From Octopus sinensis (taxonomy: Eukaryota): DNA of 64,000 nt. Below, piece after piece: positions 1 through 10,358 of the stretch. A program made the translations under genes and the position numbers. Numbering within the stretch: the stretch's first letter is position 1; the number at the start of each line of letters is the position of its first letter. The DNA lies in NCBI RefSeq assembly GCF_006345805.1, contig NC_043007.1, positions 48,608,001 through 48,672,000 of the forward strand, written 5' to 3'. The notes under the pieces are model-generated. The model made no database searches. It was not told the origin of the DNA and saw only the letters and a program-made list of their open reading frames with translations.

Positions 1-1055
1 TTTAAAGAAGCCCCTATAACTGAAGGAGACTAGAGAAGAGAGGGAGAAAGAGATTGAAGACAGATAGACAATGTGATTATTTTAGGCAAGGTGATGAGGG
101 AGGATAAAGAATGGTGAGAGAAACAGATTTATAGTTGTGAAAGTGTGGTAGTAGGGAGGGTAGTAGAGGGAGCATTTTCTGGGGATGGAGAATGAGAAAG
201 GATAAGTGTCAGTGGTTACTGATAAAAGGAGGGATGAAATGATAAGGATAAAAAGATGGTTTCTGTAGTGGGATGGGGGACTCCAAGGCTATCTATCTGC
301 AGTCAATCGTAGTGACTATGACTTTTCATGGCTTTGACATGACTTGATAAGCTTATGTCAGCAACTTTGGATACTCTGCAGGTCTTAAAAAAAAGACCTG
401 ACAAAGAGTGGAGGAACTCCTAAGAGTCAGCAGCCATCCAATAATGTGTACATATGTCCATGATAGACCACTCTCAGATGGTGACCTATCATCCAGCTGC
501 TGCATAAAGACACTGATGCCAGCATGTCATGGTCTACTCTTGCCTGCTGGACAGCATTAATGTTGTACCAAGAGAGTGATGTAAGCCAATTGCAAAAACA
601 ATTTCACTTCATGGTTTCCAAAGCAGTTATATGGTAAATAAAATGACAAATCCACATTGTAAGGGCAAGAATGAACATAAATAAGAGAAAACAGATGATG
701 GCAGTGAGGACCCAGAGAGAATCATAGAAACAAAGAGAGTAGGGAGTAGTCTCAGGTAGGATGACAGAGAGGGTGGGATAAGAGGGTGTTAGAATTTCAA
801 AATCAGTGAAAATACATAGTTAAGTCTCAACAGAAACACAGACATATTGAAGGAAGAAAACAGGGATTGGGGCTATCAACTGAATCAAACCATTTACTTG
901 GTTACTTTTTTTATGGCAGCTAGGAAAATGAAGACAGACATCAGAAAGTAGGCAACTGACTAAGATGTTTACTCTCCTGCCATATTCTCTCTCATCTTAC
1001 AACAGTCTCACTTAATGGATTAGGACATCTCAATAAGTAGTGATATGTGATAGCA

Positions 1056-1056
1056 T

Positions 1057-1135
<79 letters not shown>

Positions 1136-1640
1136 TACACACACACATATGCACATCATACACTCACACCATACACTCTCACACTAAACACCTATGTATG
1201 CACTCTCATACAAACACACACATCATAAACACACTCAAACAACATTTATACACTCACACAGCATACACATGTGCACAGTCTTACGCAACACACACATACA
1301 GACTCTCACACACAACATACACCTATATATACACTCTTTTACACTCACACATTCACACAAAGGCACATGCATATATCCATCTGCCAACACCCACAATCTC
1401 AGACATGCACTATAACATACACACATTCACAAACATTTTGTTATACATGCATATGCATACACACACAAATGTACACATACCCACACACAAAAAAAACATA
1501 GCTATGCACAAATATATCAAAAAACACATGTATTCACATTGATACATACACACACACACACACATTCACACATATCCAGGTACACTTCCATACAAACATC
1601 TACACATGTCCACATGAAAACACACACACATACATACTCA
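1056..1640. repeat. (CA)n microsatellite decaying into CA-rich low-complexity tract
   Basis: Pure CA run ~1056-1130, then degenerate CA/CATA; explains the H/T-rich ORFs at 1040-1542. Confidence 0.95.
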
Positions 1641-1749
1641 GAGTATATATATCATGTACTTTCTATTGCAGAAACATCAATCATGTTATAGAACACAACA
1701 GCTGATGATGGTACCATAGTTACAGAGTAATCTTATGGGATTATCATGT

Positions 1750-2703
1750 ACGTGTAGTTAGTACTCTAATTATCTTGTAACTGTAGTACATTCTCCAATC
1801 ATGTGCATATAGTACGTATGCTGATTATCTCATATGTGTAGCCTGTACTTTAATTATTTTGTATGTGTAGTCTGTACTCTGTCTTATACATGTAGCCTAT
1901 ACTCTGATTATATTATACATGTACTCAGATTATTTTATAAAATTAATTAAATAATCTGTACTCAGATAGTTTTATACATACAGTCTGTACTCTAATTATT
2001 TTGAGCAGGCATGGCTGTGTGGTAAGGAGCTTGCTTCCCAACCATGTGGTTCTGGGTTCTGTCCCAGTGTGTGGCACCTTGGGCAAGTGTCTTCTACTAT
2101 AGCCTCGGGTCTACCAAAGCCATGTGAGTGGATTTGGTGGACAGAAACTGAAAGAAGCTTGTCTTATATATGTATATATTTGTATCTATATGTGTGTGCG
2201 TCTTTGTTTCTATGTTTATCTCCCACCACCACTTGACAAGTGATGTTCATGTGTTTATGTTCCCATAACTTAGCAAATCAGTAAAAGAGACTGATAGAAT
2301 AAGTACCATGCTTTAAAAAAATGAAGTGCTAGGGTAAATTCATTCAACTAAGAATTCCTCAAGGCAGTGCCCCCAGCATGGCTGCAGTCTAATGACTGAA
2401 ACAAGTAGAAGATAAAAGATAAACAATACAGCTTGTACTCCCTAATTATTTGATAGCTATAGTTGTACCCTCTAATTATCTTGCACATGTAATTTATATT
2501 CTAATTATGCTGTTCATGCACTCCGTACTCTAATTATCTTGTATATGTAGTTTGTACTCTGATTATCCTGTACATGTAGTCTATACTTACTTGTTAATTT
2601 GTAAATGTAGTTTGTACTCTCTAATCATCTTTTAAATGTAGTCTGTTATCTGATTATTTTATTGTTTGTACTCTGATTATCTTATATGTGTACTCTATAC
2701 TCT
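1750..2703. repeat. Degenerate ~29-nt minisatellite (core TGTACTCTAATTATCTTGTATATGTAG) split by a SINE
   Basis: Many diverged copies of gtactct(a/g)attat at ~30-nt spacing on both sides of the 2003-2423 SINE. Confidence 0.75.
2003..2423 (+). mobile_element. tRNA-derived SINE family A (bipartite, internal TA/TG microsatellite), full length
   Basis: Head gcaggcatggctgtgtggtaagg...gggttctgtccc (A/B-box-like), body ggcaccttgggcaagtgtc, tail gatagaataagtacc...gactgaaacaagtagaagataaaag; homologous copies at 24990, 34845, 37615, 44893, 57655/58640. Confidence 0.85.
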
Positions 2704-3541
2704 CAAATCCATGATGTATCAAGTTAAGATCTTGATTTCTCATATTTTTTTAAACCATCCAAGCAAGAGGAAATGGCCATTTTGAGGCTGTTTCTTTATC
2801 ACCCAATTTAATGTGACCATCTGTTCATTGTGTCTTAAGTAGAGGGTCTGTTATGTTGCAAACATTCAGGCTCGGTGTCATGTGTGAATATAATTTCTTT
2901 CCATTGTCATGGGAAATATTGGAAAAATAAGACATGGGCATTCCTTTCCCTCTGGATAAATCATAAAGCAAAAAGAGAAGCTTTTTTCAGCTACCATTTC
3001 AAGCATTTTGAGCAACCATGTAGTCTCCCCCATAGGCTCATGGAGTATCTCTCTGTCAATCTGTCAGTTTGTTTGCCTGTCAGTCTGCTTCTTTGTCTTT
3101 TTTGCCTGTCTGCCCACCCACCTCTCTCAGACGATGAGACATCCTTGACTCTTCACAAATAACACACATATCCAAACTCACAGACTTCACCAATTTCCTC
3201 AGAACTTATCAGCTGAAAAAAAAGCCACTTTGAATACTGCAGTCTTAGATATATAAAATTTATGGGATGGTCATGGCGGGAATGTAAGACTTTGTAGATT
3301 TGCTACTCTAACTTTTCAATGAATCTTCTAACTGCCAATTTTTCATGAATTTATTTTGGTTTCATCATAGTCATATATTTCAGCAACAGTTTGTCATAGA
3401 TATTTGATTTTGTCACCATTAACATAATTCCTCAGTAGTTTTAAACTAGATCTAAATTTCTTTGAGTGAGAATGGAAGAATACAACCGTTGGCTAATTTC
3501 CCAAAAATGTTTTGATTGTAAACTACATTACATCATTAAAA

Positions 3542-3628
3542 GATGCCTCTGCCTTCTAGAATGCCTTTGTCCTCTAGAATGCCTTTGTCCTCTAGTATGC
3601 CTCTGTCTTCTAGAATGCCTCTGTCTCC
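3542..3628. repeat. 18-nt tandem repeat (aatgcctttgtcctctag) x~4.5
   Basis: Directly visible near-identical units. Confidence 0.9.
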
Positions 3629-3649
3629 TAAAATACTAATGACATATCA

Positions 3650-4250
3650 AATCTTGTTACCTTCCTGATTTTCACCCTTTTCAGTACTTCTATGAGTTCA
3701 TCTAAAGTTTGTCACCAAATTTGAAGTCAAGGTTATATTTAATAGCAGTTTCTATGGGTGTATCTGAAACTGATGGGAGATTGTCAAGAACTTTTCAGGA
3801 AATGCTCTTTTGGCTTATTTAATCATTACTGAAGACTCGTAGCTTTTCGTTTTAACTTATTCATACTTCTTCTGCCACTAATTTCATTGGCCATTAGCCA
3901 AAGCAGGGAGGATTGATTGTTTACCGCTGTGTCTACAATCAGATATATTTTCCTTTCAATATATTTCTGTCGTTCTTTTCATAAATATAAGTAAGATTTT
4001 ATTGAGCTCTTTTAAATTTGATATTTGTCCTTGAAGATTTGGTTGACTTTAAGTGGTTAGTACTTTTCAACTGACTGTGCTTCTCTATACTTACTTCAGA
4101 CTCCCATTGGAGGTAAAAGATTCTTCTGTAGCTTATTGATATGAAGTGACACAATGATCATATGTTGCTATATTGTTATATTTTGCATTCAAGGAGCTGG
4201 TTACATCTGCCACACCTCAAGCCTATGTTTGTCTGAGATTATGTATTGTT
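3650..4250 (-). mobile_element. Degraded RTE/RTE-X-like LINE ORF2 fragment (EN-RT linker)
   Basis: Minus-strand translation with stops and frameshifts resembles ANEISGRRS...LDELIEVLKRVK of RTE-like linkers. Confidence 0.45.
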
Positions 4251-4529
4251 GATGAATTTGTTTGTTGTGAAATGAAAACCTGTTTTATGGCAGAAATTTT
4301 TTAATATTTTTGTTGTTGTGTAAGCTCATTAAAATTCTGGCAACTATTATATGATGATCAAAAATAACCCTTTCAAAGGAATTATACACTTAATAGCTAA
4401 GCACAATGTTTTTTCCACTTATGAACCTGTTATCATAACTATATCACTATGTTACTATATAAACCAGACTATCAAATGTAGTTATGCATCACCAGTCACA
4501 ATGCACTTCCATCTCTTTCTTGAGCATAC

Positions 4530-4930
4530 CATTCTTGGCCCAAATCATTTAACTAAATCAGCTTCCTGTCATCATGGAGATAGTCTAAAAAGCCTTTTCT
4601 GATCTCTTGGATACCACTCAGCAACTTCATGGATCCTCCTGTTGTCTCTTTGAACCTTGTGACATATCTGGCCCAGTGAAACTTGTGCTTTTGATATTCT
4701 GCAATTATATCATTTGTTCAGCTCTGTTCCCAAATCATTTCATTTTGGATATACTCATGCAATGATATTCCTAGCGTAGATGTTTCTATTGCCTTTGTGT
4801 CATAGCCAATTGATGTTCTTCCCTTTTTGTCGTAGTTCACATCTCATTGGCATATAAATACACAGACAGGACAGTGCTATTGAAGAGTCTAGCACATATG
4901 TTCTTGCCCAGTTTTGCTTTGAGCACATCC
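4530..4930 (-). mobile_element. Degraded RTE-1-like LINE ORF2 C-terminus
   Basis: Remnants of LFNSTVL.V.LYA.E.WTTTKREE...HWA..V.R...EWYPRD. Confidence 0.6.
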
Positions 4931-4939
4931 TTCAAGTAA

Positions 4940-5335
4940 ATGCAAATGCCAGTGCCACCTGACTGGCATATAAAAAGCACCATTCAAACGTTGGACCTCA
5001 CGGAGGCAGTGACAGGTGACCAAGACTTTAGCAATATACCATGCTTGTGTAGACCTGTTAAGCCAAGTGAGATCATAGTCGTGACTGATGCCAGTGTCAC
5101 ATCAATGGCATCTATGTTGGTGGCACATAAAAAGCACCCACTACACTATTGGAGTGGTTGGCAATAGGAAAGGCATCCAGCTGTAGAAACCTTTCCAAAT
5201 GAGATTGGAACCTGGTACAGCTCCCTGGTTTACCAGTTTTCAGTCAAACCATCCAACCCATGCCAGCATGGAAAGCAGACATTAAACAATGATGATGATG
5301 ATGATGTTGACGATGACGCTGACACTGATGATGAT
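4940..5335 (+). mobile_element. RTE LINE 3'UTR fragment with (GAT)n tail
   Basis: ggtggcacataaaaagcacccactacact...ggcatccagctgtagaaac...ccaacccatgccagcatggaaag...gatgatgat. Confidence 0.85.
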
Positions 5336-5799
5336 TGTACATATATGATACATATACTTCTGTTTCTGTCACCTTACTGCCCCCTACATATTGATATTTC
5401 CCTGTCATCCACACTTCTACCCTTCTCCATTACTCACTATATTCACCTCCACCCCCATATACAACCATCAGTTACCCTCCTCTTGTACTCTTATGAAATT
5501 ATCCTACATTTCCACCCCAATCCATTGTCTATAATCTCTTTTATGCTCACCTTCTTGTACCTTGAGAGTTCACTGTGGCATCCCATCACCGTCATCTTTA
5601 TCTTCTTCCCAACTACTTCCATCCACCCTAATAAAATACTGAATAGCTTCTATAGCCAGACACCTGTACTTGTCCCTCTCTCATACTTCAACACCTCCAT
5701 CTCTCTTAAATAGTCGCATTCAGTCAAGGGTGCTTCTTCTTTTCCTTTTTCTTTTCTTTGTCTTGCAAATTATTTAGCAATCTCACTAGTGCCTGTATT

Positions 5800-5952
5800 A
5801 TGAGAAAAACACCTAGTACTGTAAAGTGGTTAGCATTAGGAAGAGGACAGAAACCATGCCAAAGCTGACACTGGAGCCCAATGCATTCCTCTGATTTACT
5901 GGGTCCTGTCAAAGCATCCAGCCCATGCCAGCATGGAGAACAGATGTTAAAC

Positions 5953-6026
<74 letters not shown>

Positions 6027-6055
6027 CGACGACGACAATGACGATGATAATGATG
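5800..6055 (+). mobile_element. RTE LINE 3' tail with expanded (GAT)n
   Basis: Same terminal motif (cccatgccagcatggagaacagatgttaaacgatgat); ~100-nt GAT/GAC run explains the poly-D/poly-S ORFs. Confidence 0.85.
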
Positions 6056-6679
6056 TAAGTGACTGTACACAGCTGATGTTATTTCTAGTTGTAAACAGAG
6101 AGCTTAGATTACCATGCATTTGTTAGATTCCTGAATTCTGTCAGTTTTACTCTCAGAGGAAGAAAACCAAATAATTTTACAAAATCTTCCCAAGTGCAAT
6201 GTACTTAGAGCTATCATTCTTCATTAATATTGATGCTTCTCGGAGAAAAAAAAAACCTGTATCTTTACTTATTCAAGTGAAACTAAATAATTTTCTCACC
6301 CAAAACAGCCAATAATGAAAAATCAATAACATTTTATTGATGGTGTGGAGGATGTTATTGGAGAGCGGAGAGTTCTCAGATAACTGAACCAACATCCTAT
6401 TTTTACTTTCCATTTGGAACTGTGTTTCATTTACATATCTAATACCATTGGGAAAGGCTTGAACATCACAGCTGTCCATTCCAAACTCTGCTAAAATGCT
6501 AAAACATGAAGTTCATATATTAACATTTATCAGTGGCTATGAAGCAGAGATAAGGTACTGATGATCAAAATCAACAATGCAGTTTAAATTCATAGCTGTT
6601 GGTACTTACATTGTTAACATAATGCCTGAGAAACGTATGAATACCACATAATTTAATTTCTCAACTTTTAGGGGGCTTT

Positions 6680-7634
6680 TGCAGTGAAACATGGGCTGTG
6701 ACTGCATAGGACATGTGTAGGCTTGAAAGAAATGAAGCTAGCATGATCCGCTGGATGTGTAATGTTAGTGTGCATACATGACAGAGTGTAAGTGCCCTGA
6801 GAGAAAGGCTGGACATAAGAAGCATTGGATGTGGCGTACAAGAGAGACGTCTGTGCTGGTATGGTCATGTACTATGGATGAATGAGGAGAGATGTGTGAA
6901 GAAGTGCCACTCCCAAACAGTTGAAGGAATCTGGAGTAGAGGTAGACACAGGAAGACATGGGATGAGGTGGTCAAGCATGACCTTCGAACGTTGGGTCTC
7001 ACAGAGGCAATGACAGAAGACCGAGACCTCTGGAGATATGCTGTGACTGCGAAGACCCGAAAAATAATGTGGGTTCATGGCTGTTTCCTGCACCAGCTTC
7101 ACATAGAAGCCCCAGCCCTTCCAAAGTGCTTTGGATCGTAGGGCGACCTACTGTGCTTGAGGAGACCTATTGAGTCAAGTACGTCAGCATCAGAAATCAA
7201 ATGGAAATTGTGGTTGCGATACCTGTGCCAGTGGCATGTAAAATGCACCATCCGTACGTGGCCGATGCCAGCGCTGCCTTGACTGGCTTCCGTGCCGGTG
7301 GCACGTAAAAAGCACCAACCATTCGTGGCCATTGCCAGCCTACCCTCGCACCTGTGCTGGTGGCATGTAAAGATCACCATCCGTATGTGGCTTCTGTGTC
7401 AGTGGCACGTAAAAACCACCAACCGATCATGGCCGTTGCCAGCCTCCCCTGGCACATAAAAAGCATCCACTACACTCACAGAGTGTTTGGCATTAGGAAG
7501 GGCATCCAGCTGTAGAAACACTGCCAGATCAGACTGGAGCCCAGTGCAGCCTCCTGGCTTCCCAGACCCTGGTCGAACCGTCCAACCCATGCTAGCATGG
7601 AAAACGGATGTTAAACGATGGTGATGATGATGAT
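6680..7634 (+). mobile_element. 5'-truncated RTE LINE (ORF2 C-terminus plus 3'UTR with ~4 diverged modules)
   Basis: ORF 6878-7141 MNEERCVKKC...RKTWDEVVKHDLRTLGLTE matches the C-terminus of the 830-aa RT ORF; tail ends in (GAT)n. Confidence 0.92.
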
Positions 7635-8189
7635 ATGTGTATGTATATATATATATATATAGGGTATAAAAGGGATAAGTTATCCTGGTGGATACCATAT
7701 TATCTCACAAATTGGTATAGATGCTGGCTATCCACAATGCTCCAATTAGATAGTGCTAAAGCTTAAAACTTCATTCATTGGGTAGTTCCATGTTCCTTTT
7801 CAGAACTGCAAATACTCCATAGAGTATAAAATTGATAATGAAGAGAAGAGTGAGGATTTATTCACATCCAAAACTTTTCTACTAAAATGTTTTCTACAGA
7901 ATATGTAACTCTGACCTACATATGTTTTGAATGCAGTGACTACACATTGCCCTGTATGCAATTATGCATTCTAGTAACCCAACTAGGTATCAGGATAGGA
8001 ACTATCGTTTGACAGCCAATAAAATAAAAGCTACCCAAACGAATTTCCACATTAGCCTGGAAGTGGAAAATGTGAATCCTAAAAAGAGCAGTACTCAAAA
8101 TGTTGTCTATGTAGGAAAAAGTAATAGCTTAGAACTTAGAAATCACCTCTAGTGAAACTGAAGCAGAAACTATTAATGAAAGTAGTAGA

Positions 8190-8609
8190 ACTATCAAATG
8201 CAATTGTGCAAAGTAGAGGGTCTGTCTGCTTAACTCTAATCGTAAGTATAAAGATATCGTATACAGATGTAAGATTACCTCAGAGAATAGGGAGTACTTC
8301 TATATAGGAGCTAGTTCATGTTATATTAAGCAAAGAATTGCCAGTCATTTAGATATAGGAACAAAGTGAATACTACTAACCTTAGTAAACTAATCTGAGC
8401 ATTAAAAGATAGTAACAAAATCATATTTGATTGCTTGGGAAATAATTAGTAAGGCAAAACCTTATAGAATAGGTGATAATAGATGTGACTCTTGTGTGGA
8501 AGAAATGTACCAAATTTTCACTTCTAAATTTACTCTTATAAGCACAAGACAGAAACAGGCTCTAAGATGTCCACACCTGAGAAAATATATGTCTAAACAG
8601 TTTAAATAA
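8190..8609 (+). mobile_element. Penelope-like element remnant, GIY-YIG endonuclease region
   Basis: Broken frames give CNC...IVYRCKIT...YFYIG...KQRIASH...LSKLI.ALKD...IAWEIISKAKPY...CDSC.EE...RCPH, typical of the PLE GIY-YIG C-terminus. Confidence 0.75.
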
Positions 8610-8680
8610 ACACAACTGACCAACTATAGTTATTATGCTAATTAGAAAAACGATTGTTATAATGATATTTATACAAATAA

Positions 8681-8703
8681 TACTGCTGCTGCTGCTACTA
8701 CTA

Positions 8704-8762
<59 letters not shown>

Positions 8763-8773
8763 ACTGCTACTAA

Positions 8774-8815
<42 letters not shown>
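8681..8815. repeat. Compound (CTG)n/(CTA)n/(ATA)n microsatellite
   Basis: Directly visible. Confidence 0.95.
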
Positions 8816-8817
<2 letters not shown>

Positions 8818-9555
8818 TATCAATTGAAGGTATAAACCCAAAATAAGTAAAATACCTCAGAATAAATAATGTACACCATACAGCAACATGCAAACAAAAC
8901 TGCTACAATTAATTGAAATCTGAATTAATGTTTTAAAATCATGCTTCAACTGTAATACCAGTAGAGGTGTTTATAAGACCAGAATTCCTCCATTGGATTT
9001 TAAAATAATGCTATCACCTTTAACTGTATACCAACACAGGACACTTGTTTGAATCAGTTCACTTTGAAAATGTCATGAGTGATGGACCCTTGATGGAAAT
9101 GCAGTGACTAGAATGCATAATTGCATACAGAGCAATGTGCAGTCACTGCAGTCAAAACATATATAAGACAGAGTTATATATGCTGTAGAAAACGATTTAA
9201 TAAAAAAGTTTTAAATGTGAATAAATCTACACACACACACACACACCACACACAACTGAAGGACTGCTGCAATAAGTACATGAATCTGAGAGGAGAATAT
9301 GTTGACTAAAGTCATAATTAACTGATCCTCCTGTATTTACCCAAAGCCAGGAACTTTTCAGCACATTGTCATATATATTTATATTTTGCAACAGCATGGG
9401 TGCCTTTCACATGGCAGGTACCTTTTATGTGGTACCAACACAGGTGCTTTTTATGTGGTACTGATACATCATCATCATCACCACCATCATTTAACATTCC
9501 TTGTCCTTGCTGGAATTGCTTGGATGGCATGATCAGAGCTGACAAACTGGGGAGC

Positions 9556-9581
9556 TGCATATACATATATACATATAGATA

Positions 9582-9673
<92 letters not shown>

Positions 9674-9928
9674 TCGAAACACGGAGTAGATGAAACAGAG
9701 GCGACTGAAGAAGGGGAATTTTCCTTGTGTTGTATGTCCTGTACTCTATTTTTTCTTTGTTTAAGAAAAATGTCCATTTCCTTGGTTTTGTGTTTATGTT
9801 TTCGTTTCTCATTGTGTTCGACGTTTTTTGGGTGTCCTGTACCCATATATGCATGTATATTTACATGCAGATGTAGGTACGTACATATATGTATGTATAT
9901 ATGCATATGTTTTATTTATTAATGTTAT

Positions 9929-10001
<73 letters not shown>

Positions 10002-10029
10002 CATACATATATATACATATATATATATA

Positions 10030-10095
<66 letters not shown>

Positions 10096-10117
10096 TATAT
10101 ATATATAAATATTTATA
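9556..10117. repeat. (TA)n-rich block enclosing an unclassified ~220-nt repeat-like insert (9669-9890)
   Basis: Long TA runs at ~9600-9668 and ~9927-10115; explains the YI-repeat ORFs. Confidence 0.85.
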
Positions 10118-10358
10118 TCATCATCATCATCATCGTTTAACGTCCGCTTTCCGCGCTAGCACGGGTTGGACGGTTCGACCGGGTCTGGGAAGCCAGGGGC
10201 CGCTCCAGGCTCCAGTCTGAATCTGGCAGAGTTTCTACGGCTGGATGCCCTTCCTAACGCCAACCACTCTGTGAGTGGATTGGGTGCTTTTTACGTGCCA
10301 CCTGCACAGGGGCCGGAGGGTCCGGCATCGTCACGATCGGTTCGAGCATTTTAACGTG

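Noticed and set aside
1-900. Possible very old LINE remnant (purine-rich, minus strand)
   Set aside because: Too decayed to assign a family from motifs.
9669-9735. Hammerhead-like words (cgaaac...ctgaaga); also ctgatga at 53104 and 54213, and tgaaga...cgaa at ~58435
   Set aside because: I could not build stems I-III around a complete CUGANGA/GAAA core in any of them. Degenerate Penelope-type remnants are not excluded.
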